NCBI GenBank assembly: GCA_964247055.1
Contig: OZ176053.1
Coordinates: 5,332,001 to 5,396,000 of the forward strand
Direction: 5' to 3'
Length of the DNA: 64,000 nt
DNA from: Paragordius varius
Lineage: Eukaryota; Animalia; Nematomorpha
Shown: one piece after another, positions 1-13,500 of the stretch
How positions within the stretch are numbered: position 1 is the stretch's first letter
Layout of the letters: the number at the start of each line of letters is the position of its first letter
The notes under the pieces: model-generated
The model's input: the letters and a program-made list of their open reading frames with translations, nothing else
Databases searched by the model: none
Told to the model about the DNA's origin: nothing
Position numbers and translations under genes: made by a program

Positions 1-3000
1 TTTGAAAATGATTTATCATTCATTAACGGCTTCAATGAACTCAAAGGTACCGATTCCGTTCCTATTTGTCAAGATTATTCTCTGGTGTCACGAATTCAGA
101 GGTGTTTAGGTAAGTTTATATTACTAAATTGCATAATTATACAGAGTCAATTAATTTACCCTTTAACAAAATTTTTTCTCCAATTTTTTCAAAAAATTTC
201 GTAAATAAAACTTTTGCTCGACGCCTCAAACCCATTTATTGCCAATATAATTAGATTTCTTATGATTTAACGGCTAACTATATATTAAGATGTTTCTTAT
301 ATCAAATAAAAATATATTCAATACTTTATACTGAAATCACTGATTACAAGTGCAATTTGTAAAAATTGATAAACAGTTTAAAAAATATATCTCAATGGCA
401 TGTTATAGGTTAAATCCACTAAATTGCTTTTATCAGTATCTTAACTAGGACTATTGAGTGAACCTAACATTAGATATAAATATTTAAAAGGGACCACTCA
501 AATAACGACTGTAATATGATTTAAAGGACTCTTTCTAATTTAAAAACTTTGTTAAATATTTTAATTAACTACAAATATTTAATTTGTACGATGTTGAAAG
601 TAGTTTCAATGATAAAGTTTTTTTTAAATCTCATATAACCAATCTTTAATTTATGGCACATTTTCGTTTATTAATATCATGATAATTATATTTAAAATGC
701 GAGATATTTAAGATTTTATGACAATATTTATATTAATAATAAATGGCTATTAATAACTTTAATAAAAATGTGACTGTAAAATATGATTTTAACACATATT
801 TTTTTACATAAAAATCATTGGATAATAACTTGCGTTTTGTCAAATAATAATTTAGTTTTTTTTTAATTTCAGGTATACTAGGAGAGGTTGGGAGACTCAT
901 TTTAAAGGGGCAATCCTCATATCACCTCAAATACACGTGCCACATATACGGGGATGGTTTAACATGCATGAATGCCATAACCAAAGATTGTCCTGACCTA
1001 ACACCCGGGGAAGATACAGATATTTTACTTAAAACATACAATCTATTTTGTTTCGTTAATCAATCTTTTGTGATCTCAAACTATGATGGCAGCTACATAA
1101 ACGCCGCCGCTTACAAATATATCCAGCCGCCGCCTTACTCGAAAAAACGGAATATAGGAGGATTAACATCACTCCAGGCCAATAAATTAATGGATATTGT
1201 TAAAGTTGAATCTCCCCTCCTGCAGGATGCATCCTTTGATGCGAATAAGCATCTGGCTTATAAGTCTGAATTCGTTGGTAAGAAACGGAAAGTAAATCAT
1301 CCTTATATAAATATCGCTTCTACAACTATAAGTGATGCTTACCTTGAATATGCGGCTTGTTACAAAAATCGACGTAAAGATATAATGAAATGTGCTAATC
1401 GATATACCCGTTATTATGACCAATTAATATATCATGACTATGATGGTCGTCAAATAGGTAAAATAGCACAACGCAAGAAATCCCATGCTTTTTGGGAACA
1501 TGGATTATCATATAACAATGAAAACGAAGCCAGTTACTATGGCTTTCCAATCATGTCATCCCTTAATTATAGAATACCTGATTCATCAAGTGAGGTAGTG
1601 TAATATTAAATACCAAGAGATATTTTTTTCATAGTCGAAATAAATGAGAGGGTTGGTCCACTCAGTAGTGTACACTTCTGCTTTCCATTCAAAAATGATT
1701 TTTTGATTTTAAAAGAGTTTTTATTAAAAAAATTAATTTTTTTTAAAAAATGGTGTGACAGATACAATGTGATATTTATATTTACCAAGATATAATAGTA
1801 AAACGGAACGGATAAAATGGTTTAGGCTACAAGTTAAAATTGCTCTGGGTGATTTTGGCTCCTTTTTTTATAATTGGTCTGATTACTTAATATAGTGTTA
1901 TTTTAACCACAAAAATAACTCAAGATTCATAGAATGCTAATCTATATATATTTATAAAAATGATGTTGGCTTTAAAAGTTTTTTCAAATATATAAATTCA
2001 TCATTATTCAATTATAAATGCGTTAACATTATCGGGCTCGAGCTATTTTTTATTTTAGCCCGTGTTTATAAAATAAAGCTTCTCAAAAATGGTAAACGGG
2101 TGGGCTCATTCCTAAGTAATACTAGATAGTAAAAAACTTGTTTTTTCCATTACATATTTTACCTTCAAGTTCTTTTTAATATCTGAGGATAGGTAGCAGA
2201 GTCGTAGCTTCCTCCATGCGACCCCATGCAATTTAAAAAAATAATCAAAGTCAAACCGTACACATGACCTTTTATTAATGGGTGATTTTTATTGTGTATT
2301 ATTTAAAATAATAGCTTTTAAATACCTATATTTTTGAAGTAAAATCCAAAAAAATTTAAAATCCGGTTCCCCTTAACTATGGCGCCCTGTATATCAGCCT
2401 CCCTTTCCTCCCCCATAGCTACGCCCCTGATAAATACTTTCCGGGGTAAATCAATTTATGGCCAAAGAATTACTCGTTATTTTATTTGCTGATTATTGAA
2501 AATTATTTGACTGAAAAATCATAAAATATATTATTTTTTTTAACACTTCGATTCAAATCGGGGTATCTAAATAACCTAGGCTAAATTTAAATAAATATTT
2601 TTAAAAATCTCTTTAAGGAAACGGTCCCGATTTAAATTTTTGCTTCTCTCCTAATAAAAGCAATATATGCCAAAATATCTTAATTATTTTGAAAAATCCA
2701 TCTCAAACTACTTGGACGCCATTTTTATTTTACAAAATTTTTGCAAAATATCGTCTTCATTTTATTTTAATGGTAAAATTAAAGCTAATTTTTTATTTAA
2801 ATTACACATAACCTTGATAGTGATAGAAAAAGCGGTTTATTTCGTATTATTTTTAAAATTTACCATTTCACACATGTCACGTGGACCAAATTTTTACCTT
2901 ACGGCTTTAGCTTGAAATAAGTAATATCAAGTATTTTTGAATAATTTTTTTATATATTTCGGTTTATTAATATTATATAATAAGTGCAAAATTTTGCCAT

Positions 3001-3879
3001 GGTTTCGATTCCTTCCAGATTTTTTAAAGTATTTAATTTAAAACAGGTCAGGGGTATCCAACTACCCCAATTTGAATCCAATGACTAAAATTGTGTTGTA
3101 TCCAAGTGTTAAACAAAACCATTACTTTAATTATTTTTTTTACAATTTATTTTACATTTTTAAAATAATATTATATCATATGAAAATAAAATGTATCTAT
3201 GATTTAATAGATTTAACTTAAAATATATTACATAACAAATATAAATATATTAATTTTTTGATTTAGTTTTGTAAACCAACATAAAATATATTTTTGAAAT
3301 ACAACTTTTTAAACACTTAAAAAGCAATGATGGATTTTATTTATGATGATTATTATGGATTAATCTTTTTATACCTTCCATTAGTAATTTTATTTGCCAT
3401 TATAATATCTGCCAGGTAAATTATCTTTATAGGCTTTTTAAATATATTCTTTTAAAAAATTTTGTTTTTTTCACACACCTTGGATGTTGTGTAAAAAATT
3501 TAAATTTTTTTTTCGTGTGCTCTTCAATTTTGCGGTCACATATATTTTAAATTATTGTTACCATATTTTAATAAATTTACAGGTAAAGTTGTGCGTGAAA
3601 TTAAACGAACTTACCCAATGTCTTTACACTACAATCGATAAAGAATGTGGTAAAAAAGCTGCTTCGCTAATGATAAAACTCTTTTTTAGCATAGTGCCCA
3701 ACATTAGAAAACATGCTACCAAATCCTGTCATCTTTACTTAATGAACGATCTTACGCCTTATCCCGAAATAGATTCTATTGTACCATTATATTATAACGC
3801 AGCCACAACAAAATTAAATATAAATCCTATATGTTTTATAAGCATGACGTTAGCAATAATTATATATTTACATGTTTGA
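1..3879 (+). CDS. 3' part of a Cys-rich, probably GPI-anchored surface protein (exons <1-109, 873-1594, 3583-3879)
   Basis: Exon 1-109 is open (FENDLSFING...QRCL G) and ends at a gtaagt donor, phase 1. A ttcag acceptor at 872 keeps the frame into the 968-1603 ORF. Donor GAG|gtagtg at 1595 (phase 0) joins the tttacag acceptor at 3582 in frame with the 3484-3879 ORF. The C-terminus YYNAATTKLNINPICFISMTLAIIIYLHV* has small residues followed by a hydrophobic tail. Family not recognised. Confidence 0.7.
2197..2429. mobile_element. Small hAT-like MITE in an intron
   Basis: Imperfect TIRs CAGAGTCGTAGCT / AGCTACGCCCCTG and a subterminal GGCGCCC motif. The 8-bp flanks are only partly matched (ATAGGTAG / ATAAATAC). 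Confidence 0.5.
2544..3108 (+). mobile_element. piggyBac-type non-autonomous element (MITE family A), full copy
   Basis: TTAA|CACTT...AAGTG|TTAA ends. A subterminal inverted repeat CGATTCAAATTGGGGTA...TACCCC sits flush with one end and about 28 nt inside the other, the asymmetric layout known from piggyBac ends. Confidence 0.85.
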
Positions 3880-5859
3880 CGAGATTATTTCTAAATAAAT
3901 ATCTGTATTATATGATTATTTATAAAACATTGACATGAGTTCATGTTCTCCATTTTTGAGTTATAAATAAATGCAATGATATAAAAGGGATAAACCTAAA
4001 GTTAATATTAGTATAAAAATTAAGAACGAAAAAAATATTTGCCTTTTAACGGAAAAAGAACAATTACGAACTAACAATATTGGATAAAATAATAATTATT
4101 CATTTATATTTTTATTTGCAATTAAATATTAGACTACATTTCCTTTGGGGGTTTTTAATCCAGAGCGATTAATACGAATATCTAAAGTATTTAATATTGG
4201 GCCAAAATCAAAAGTATGCATAGTCTTTAAGCGCACGTTTCAATTTTTTTTTAAAAAATGTAAAATTATAAAAAAAATTATTAACTTTTTACCGCCCTTT
4301 TTTATTTGGATATGGTAATATAACAGGTAATAAATATATGTTATGGTTAAAAAATTTAATCTAATAACTTTTCAAAATATTCTAACAATTAGTTTTATAA
4401 TAAGTTTTTTGATTCAATGAAATGTTCTAATTTATGACTTTAGAAATTATTAATGAAAAAATTTAAATCAAAAAAATTTCAAAATAGTCTTTTATTTTCA
4501 GATTAAGCTAAGCTATGGACTAAATAACTATTCCCAAAAGTAATCGTCTACCAAAACATATGGATAAATAATGATTTAAACTAAATTCTCTTCATAAAAT
4601 CGGAAGTTAACGAATTCATTTAAATTTATTATGGGTGAACGTTGAGGTCAAAATTTAGAATGGGACTTTTAGTTCCAGAAGCGGAACAGAATATTATATA
4701 CATTTTATTCTATAAAAAGTTTTATGGCAACCCTAAAACACTTGAAAGTGGCAATTAATATATCAATTAACATTTTATTGATCAAGTTTTTTTAATTACA
4801 TAATTCTAAACGGTCTAATTTATAATCATTCTTTTTAATTCAGAATTATAAGCTGCTTAAAAAGGATTGCCTTTCAAAATGTGATTTATTAAATTTTAAT
4901 TCAATTGCCAGTACAAAATTAAAGTTTTATGCATCCCTGGTACTAGGCCCAATATAACAGTTAGACTTAATAATGCTTTTTAATTTGTTAGCTTCATTTC
5001 CATAAAAAGGTGTTTGTATACATTAATAATTTTATGAGTTAAAACCATCAGTACCCTTAGTAATATATATATTTCAATTAAAACCCCGGAAAACGAGCAG
5101 TCCAAGATATAGCCTTTATATAAAAATTCAAAAAGGAAATAAAGTGGTAATATTTCTGTTGAAATCCAATTATATTACCTTTAAGGGTAGTAGACTACCA
5201 TATCAAATATATATTGAAATCATTATTAGCTTAATTTTTTAAAACACGCAATGGCCTTTTAAGCGTACTACTTGAACAGTTCATTACTTTTGGGGGGGTT
5301 TAGACCTTATGGCAAATTCATCTAGAGTTTTTGTATTGGGAAATAATAATTGTAAACCTTTATCCTTGTCTCATATTAGCCCCTATTTTGTTTCCTTAAA
5401 CTTTTCATAACCTTTTTATTTTTTTGTAGATAATTACATATTGGAATAGTTTTGTAACCCAGATCTTTTTTATAATTACCGTTTAAAGGTTGTTTTTAAA
5501 AATAAAATTTAATTAATTAAATATTGTCATTCTCTATTTGATAAAAAACTTATATATTTTGCTAACTAATAGAATCCGAAATTCGGATTGCTCAAATATT
5601 TAATTTACTGAATAAATTAATGACAAAAATTTGCTGCCGTAATAATTTTTTTTTAAATTTCAATACCTGAATATTTACATTTTACCAAAATATGCATTTT
5701 TTCTGTATAGCGATCGAATACTCAAAAAAATAGCGTGGAGGATTTTTATAATTTTTTGCGTTTTCAAACTACTACTATTATTAAAAATGCAATTTTTTAA
5801 ATTATAGCTCAATATATTAAATATATTTATTAATATTGTTTACGCTGAAGTGTGATTGT

Positions 5860-6057
5860 ATTATTATATATAGAATAATTCAGCAAAAATAATATAAATT
5901 TATTATAATATTTCGATTACTACAAGTAATCTTTGTCAAACGTAAAAATAAAATAAAAATATAAACTTTTTTTACGTTTGACAAAGATTACTTGTAGTAA
6001 TCGAAATATTATAATAAATTTATATTATTTTTGCTGAATTATTCCATATATAATAAT
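5860..6057. repeat. Near-perfect palindrome: 89-bp arms, 20-nt spacer
   Basis: 5860-5948 is the reverse complement of 5969-6057 with one mismatch seen. Confidence 0.95.
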
Positions 6058-6321
6058 ATTTATTAATATTCGATATTAAATGTTCTCAACAAAAATATGT
6101 TATAATAAAAAAGTCTTCTAACAATTAGGCGTCTTGATTGCTGGTAACTACCTAATATTTTAATTGTTTATTTAAGGTAAGTGAAAAATTAAACCGTTAA
6201 TATTATTAAATATTCCTCCTAAGTGTAATAGGCTGTTTTTCGCAATTCAATACTAAGTTTTCTAACAAAATCTGCACCTGTACTGCTTTATAATATTATT
6301 TTTTTTAATTTTTAATATTTA

Positions 6322-6887
6322 CACTTCGATTCAAATTGGGGTATCTAAATACCCCAGACTAAATTTCAGTTAGTATTTTTAAAAAACTACTGAAGGAAAC
6401 GGTCCCAATTTAAATTTATGCTTCTATCCTAATAAAAATTATATAAATATGCCAAAATAAATAAAATTTTGTTTTGAAAAAAAGGTCCATGTCAAACTAC
6501 TTCGACGCCATTTTTATTTTACAACATTTCAAAATATCGTCTTAATTTAATTTAAAGGGTAAAATTAGAGCTAAATTTTTATTTAAATTACATCTAACAT
6601 TGATAGAAATAGAAAGAGCGGTTTATTATGAATATTTTTTAATTTTAACCTTTGCACAAATTTCACCTTGACTAAATTTGTACCTTTCGGTTTTAGCTTA
6701 AAATAAGTAATATCAAGTATTTATCAATAAAATTTTTTATAGATTTTGGTTTTTTAATGTTATATAAGTGCAAAATTTAGCCATGGTTTTGATTCCTTCC
6801 ATATTTTTAAAAGATTTTAAATTTAAATAGACTGGGTTTAATTACCCCAGTTTGAATCGAAGGACTAAAATGAATGTGTTGAAAGTC
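6322..6887 (+). mobile_element. piggyBac-type MITE family A copy with a degenerate right end
   Basis: Collinear with 2544-3108. Starts TTTA|CACTTCGATTCAAATTGGGG and ends ...AAGTC|TTAA. Confidence 0.8.
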
Positions 6888-7070
6888 TTAAATATTCCTT
6901 CTATTTTTAAAGAATTATTTTAAGAATATCTTAGAGTAACCTCTGTTAGTCCCAACTTATCAAATAAATAATGGCTCGTTTTTCGGAAAATACTGAGAGC
7001 CAAATTTTAATTGAATATTTTATTTTCTTTTTAAATTAGACATGGGCTTCGGACCGGACAGCGCTTATGA

Positions 7071-7399
7071 ATGCTGACACGAGCAGTACCTATAACTCAG
7101 GTTTAACCGCAAGATCAAAAGAAGCCTCAAAATTAAAATTAACCTAAAATAATTTTATTATATTTTTGAAAGTTGCTTCAGTTGATTGAGTTATTTGTTG
7201 GATAATTTTATTTGTTTTTGATAAGCTTAAAATAGTTAAGAACAATATATCTGATATACCACAGCAATCCGGTGTAATAATAGACAAAGTATAATAAAAT
7301 TTCTTACTGCTCCAGGTTTCAAAATATCTGGTCACATTACAAAAGGTATTCTCATAAAAATCATATTTAAACTAGCGAATTAAAATAAATTGTGCTTAA
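7071..7399 (+). CDS. Putative micro-intron-split coding segment: a 56-aa small gene or 5' exons of RBBP5
   Basis: Removing GT-AG segments 7101-7172, 7197-7225, 7289-7315 and 7346-7375 gives MLTRAVPITQLLQLIELFLKIVKNNISDIPQQSGVIIDKVSKYLVTLQKRIKINCA*. No homology recognised. Confidence 0.4.
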
Positions 7400-7531
7400 T
7401 AATTTATTATTTTGATTACTAAACCAAATAGTTTAAATATATAGCCATATCTGTAACAACTTATATCTAAATTTTTATGCGATAAATTATCAAACTTTTT
7501 TTTCATAAAGACACTGATCCGCGTTTTTCAT

Positions 7532-10500
7532 ATGACTGAAAAATATCCCGAGGTTTAAATATTTTTAACATTTATAAGTCATATGATGGTTCTTTGGATT
7601 GTGTTAGCTATGCAGTAACATGCTCTTTTAATCGTCGGGGTACATTACTTGCAGTGGGATGCAATGATGGTCGTATTGTAATATGGGATTTCGGCACTAG
7701 GTGCATTGCTAAAATTATCCAAGCTCATACGCATCCTGTCTGTACTTTAAAGTATGTTTTGTATTATTGCTTTTATAAAAATTAGTAATATTTCTAGCCC
7801 ATTTTACTTGTCATAAATTTTTTAAATTACTCTTGGGCTATAAACATCAGTTTACTTTAAAATGGTATTATCCAATCTTATCAATCCACAATATTCTCTT
7901 TTTAGATTGAACCCTAGGTATATATATTTAACGACCAGATTTTTTTTAAACTAAAGCTTAAGTATAGTCAGAATTGTGTATTATTATTGAAATATTGTTC
8001 CTTACAGTACCAGAATCATTTGTGTAACGTTTTGATGGGGCACATTTTTATTATGTACCAATTGATGTTTTGTGGCTCGAAATCCAGACCTATTAACTAA
8101 ATTTTAGTGGAAATAAATTTTTTTATAGCATTGCTTGGTAAATTGTTTTATTAAATGGGTCTAAACGACTTGATAGATCATGACGGTACCGCTTTAAAAA
8201 GCACTTTAAAATATTTAGCACAAATATATAGAATAATTATGTAAATGATAAATTTTATCCAAAATAATTTGATTTTTAACTGATATATTGCACAACTAAG
8301 TTAAAAATTACTTTGAATTTAGTTGAGATTGTTTGTATATATGCAAAAAATATAAATTATGCTTCAATATAATCAATAATTCCATTTGTAAGCGATTACC
8401 TTTTATTATTTTCTTTTAACCGATTAGAAACTATCCTCTTGTATTTTTGTAAATAAGAACAACTACATTATTACATATAATCCCATCATATATAATTATT
8501 AAGTTGGAATCGAAATGGACGAAAATTGTTATCTGGATCAACAGATAACGTGGCTTGTGTTTGGGATGTAGTCTCTGGTGAATGTCTTAATAAGTTCCGG
8601 TTTCCAGCGCTTATTCTAAAAGTTCAATTTAACCCCAGAAACGAGTATCATTTTCAATCCTCACATAACTTTATTAAAGTCAAAATGTTTATAATTTTTG
8701 CTTATTATTATATTTGATTTATATCATAGTGGCCAAATTCTTATATGCTTATTAAAACAACCACCTGTACTCATCAATTTAACGGTCCCTCATCATATAA
8801 CGATACCTTTGGACGAGGAAGGAGTGGTTTTCCTATATTTTTTGTGATTTTATCATCGTTATATATATATGCACTTAGATCTATTTTTACATAATTCGAA
8901 TTATTTTACCTTTATATATATAATACAAAGTCATTTCCATATATTATACATAAAAATGGTGCCAATATAAAGGGTATTTTCTTTCATCAATGATATATAA
9001 ATATGTCTGTCCATTTATTTTAATTTAGCAAGATTTGAATATTGTTGCATCGTTTGATCGAAGGGGACAACATGTTTATACTGGGAATGCTAAAGGAAAG
9101 GTAACATCACTGCATCAAAGTGCAAATGTTTTATGATGTAAATAGTTGGAGTTTGAATCAAAATATATTTATGAAATTTTTGTTTGGTAAAGGCTCCTTT
9201 TTATAAATTTAATTTATGATAGACCATCTACACTTTAAATTCATCTCTAAAAATTACAAATTCACCCCTAAACAATTCAATTTTACCTTCAAACAATTCA
9301 TATTCACCCTAAAAATGAATTGTGTTTTTTGGTTAATATAACTCATTATTAATGTGAAATATTAAAAGAAATTTCATTTTATAAAAATATAAAAAGTAGG
9401 TAGTTTTTCATATTCAAAAGCACACAATTTATATTAGGGTTAATTTAAATGTTCAAAAGGAAATTTAAATTTTTCGAGCATGATTTTATGTTATGAATAT
9501 TATATAATATTTCTCAATATTAACACATTGTCTATATGTTTGCATATAAGCAAATTCTTTATATTGTTAATGTCATTTAATAAAATATTTTTTCACACTA
9601 AAACCTATTTTTATTGATCCTAAGGTGCTTATATTTGATTCTCACGTTAAATGGGAATCAAACTCTACTGCCGAAGAATTACCCGCAGGCGGCGGTGATA
9701 ACAATGGGGATGGAAATCAAACTTACGGATCTCTCGAATTAAAGGCCTGTTTCAAAACAACATCTGGTGGAGGGACAACCACCTCAGGTTGTGCCATTAA
9801 AGCCATCGAATTTGCCAAGAAAGGAGAGTATAAAATTCCTCTTATTTTATATATATTTATTAAATCATTTTTTAGATTCTCTATTGATTATTTTGTAGTA
9901 TCATATTTGCGATATTTTCGAATATTTTATAATTATTTAATGTTATTTAAAATTATTATATGTGTTAATGCCATACTTTTTATTTTGTTACATAATAATT
10001 TTTAAAGTTATTTTATAATATTCATTGATGTATATTTTAATGGCTTTTCCTAGCAATTTTCTAGTTTGTACGGCGGATCGAGTAATACGCATATATAATG
10101 CCGATATTGCACTCACTTGTAAACCTGCACCCATCTCTTCCAAAAGTTCCACCAATAAAAATTCTACGGAGATAAATGAACCTCTAGAAACTACAGGTGC
10201 TGATAATTTTTATTTAAAATTATGGTTTGTACTGAAACAAAATTATTCCGTATTTTGAATTTTTTCAATAAACTTTGTGCTTTTTCCCTTTCTTTTCTTA
10301 CTTGAGTTTTTACAAACAATTAAAGCTTGACATTGTTGTTTTAACTAATAAAAGTCAAGTATTACTCTGCTCTTTATAGGTTAAGCTATGTCTTTATTGT
10401 AACTCAACTTTTTTATCTGTATAAATACAGTATGTATTTTAATGGTTGCTTATTTCACACTATAGTTGGTCAATTCGCAACACGGTAATGTATGGAAAGA

Positions 10501-13500
10501 AACTAAAAAATGTTGAATAAACAATTTTTCCATATGCTACAGTCTTTCAAATTGCCCAACTATAGTGTAAAATAAGCAACTATTAAATGCATACTGTATA
10601 TGCCTTTTTATACCTAACAATATACTTAATCATTTTCGAATAGAATTTGACATAGTCGAATTGGAACCGATTCAAAAATTATCGGATTTAGTTAACAGGA
10701 CACAATGGAAAAAGTGTTGTTTTTCTGGGGGACGAAACTCCCTACCCAATTTGTTTCCGAATCCTAAAAGCGCTAAAAACACTAAAAATACTTCGAATAA
10801 GCCAAATAGCAAAAATGATAACAGCGCGTAAGTTTTATAAATTTTGTTTTTTATCATTTAATAATAAGTAGTATTGTGGAATATATTAAGAAAATAATCT
10901 TGTAACGTGTAGTCTATCAATTATTTAATTAAAGGCTCAAAATTTATGGATATACTAGTATAAATTTCTTTTTGCTTTTCGCAAATAATTGTATATTACT
11001 CTGATTTATACTGCATATCCTTCAATAAATGAAAAAAAACACGTTGTAATAGATAAACGCAATTAGAATTATCATATATCATAATCCATCCTAGTGAATA
11101 GAAGGAAAAAATAGGCCTTAATTTTTTTGCTTTCGTTTATTTAGCATGGATATTGATGGTGATGCCGAAATGACATGTCAAACTAATGGACACAACATTG
11201 TTCACAATGGTGTCAACGATAATGCTGAGAAAATAGGAGAAGATGAGACAGACTCTATGATATCGGAATCTCAATACGCATTTAGTCGTTATGTTTGCGC
11301 CGGATCTGCCAAACAGCACAGCATATATATTTGGGATTTGAGCACTTCGACTCTCGTTAAAATTTTGCATGGCACTAAGGGAGAAATACTGTTGGATCTT
11401 GATGTAAGTGAAATTTGTAAATTTTAGACAAGTAGTTTGAATATTAAAATGTTTTGGTCAAGAAAGAATTGCAATTTTTCTCTCTTGATTTGCTTTAATT
11501 GAATTTTACCTTTGAATGAAATGATAATACCGATTCTTTTTGAAAGTGAAACATTAAGGATAGTTTGTGCATTCTGTAAATTTAGTGGGGACCATTTTAG
11601 ATGGGCTAAAACTAAGTTATTTTTTAAATATCATTTAAAAACAACTTTGGTTACGATTCCGACACTTTTTTGACCAATTTACATTTTACAATGTTTTACT
11701 CACTGCCATAAATGTGTTTACATTTGTATTATCCGTTGAGGCAGCGTTTTTCTCTTATTCAATTATTTTATTAGTTTTAAAAATACAGTAAACCCCTTAT
11801 AATGACTTAGATTGTGAAAAAATGCATGTATGGGCCATTATCCGCATTATGACTTTTTACAAATATCTGAAATAACTTAATAAGTTAATTTTAAATTATT
11901 TTTAAATAAATAATATTAATTTCTTTATCAGGGTTCCAAAAACCCATAAAGATTAGGCCCTTAATACCGAATCGGAAAAGTGATGCAAGGGAATCAGCTT
12001 GAGCTAATTAGTTTATAGGCCCTATTTATTTGCAAAAAAGCTTACATTAAAATAAAATCTACACTACACTGCTTGTTTTAGTGGCACCCAAGTCGAGGCA
12101 TTATAGCCAGCGTGAGTAGCGGAACAGCGATGGGTGTAGGTGGAACCGTAACCCTTTGGTCTCATGGTCGGAGTGAATGTTGGTCGGCTTTTGCCCCAAA
12201 CTTCACTGAACTCGATGATAACATTGAGTATGTGGAGAAGGAAAGTGAATTTGACCTTACTAACGAGGATGAGGATATAGACACCTCGGATGATTATAAT
12301 AATAATAGGCTCTCTTGTAACGATGAAAAAGACAACAGTATAACAAGGTTTATTTAGATATTACGAAACGTACAATATTGTTATTGAAAGGTTAAATTTA
12401 TTATAAAGTGCCAAATTTTTGAAGCTTTTTTATCCTTGCTATAATACTATGTGGTATAAATTAAATGTGTAACATATATATATATAAATGATTAGGCTTA
12501 ACATTTTTCAAATCATACTCAACAGTTCTTAAATGACAAATTTTATTAGAATTAATATATAATTAATAGACGTTTATAATTACTAAATAAAGGCCTTTAT
12601 TTTAATACATACCAAAAAGCAAATTTAGATTAAATATTTTTATTTCAGGAAAAAAGGAAAAATTATCAAATTCAATTGAATATAAAAATATATATTCTTA
12701 ATTAACATTTAAAATGCTTAATATTATTTTTAATAAAGTTATAATAAAAAATAGGTGATAAGTTTGAATAATAAAGTAATATTTAGTTAAATTATGGATT
12801 TCAAATTTTTATCAAAAGTCTCGCTAGAATATTGTATGATATTTGTGAAGTCGAACGTGTTTATCTTAACTTTTTTTCCTAATCGGAAGTAAAAATGAAC
12901 CCTTAATATTTATCAACCAGCGTTATACTGATAAAGTGATTTATATATTTAGTGATATGGAAGTGCGAAAAGATGGTAAGCTTCCTGGATTTAAGAATGG
13001 CGTGTACGATGAGTAATAACTATATATACATATATATATATATATATTATAACATGATTTTGGTTTGTTTTTTACATTATAGGATAACTTTATATTCTCA
13101 TAGGAAGGATAAGGCTCGACGCCAAAAGAAACTACACAAAAAACGCAACAGTAAAGACTCCTCCAAAAGGTTTATAAGAAATTTTAATAACGCAGATATA
13201 TATCAATTTTAATGTTTTAACGTTTATTTGTTTGGATCTTTAAATCAGAATTAACATGTAATATAATTTAGCAATGGGCCAAAGGCAGATAGTGATGATA
13301 GCCAAAGTGATGAGAATGATATTATTGTGGATGTTACGACTGTCAAACCTGATGTTATGTTTTTGAGCAGGTATGCTTTCTATAACTTTTTAACAGTTAA
13401 ACAGCAAATTTATAACATGATTTTAAATATTTTTAAAACAACATAATGGATTTTAATATTTTAATCGAAATGTAATAATGATATACTAAGAACTCATTTA

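Noticed and set aside
1187-1423. Antisense ORFs (also 10672-10857, 11137-11370, 26748-26960, 27479-27682, 34674-34901, 35335-35517, 59828-60100)
   Set aside because: Shadow frames opposite well-supported coding exons.
2667-2915. ORFs 2667-2915, 18928-19122 and 33867-34049
   Set aside because: They lie inside non-coding piggyBac MITE copies and are not conserved as ORFs between copies.
7042-7096. Possible selenoprotein frame MGFGPDSAYEC-TGA-HEQYL
   Set aside because: TAA follows five codons later, there is no recognisable selenoprotein motif and no SECIS-like stem was seen.
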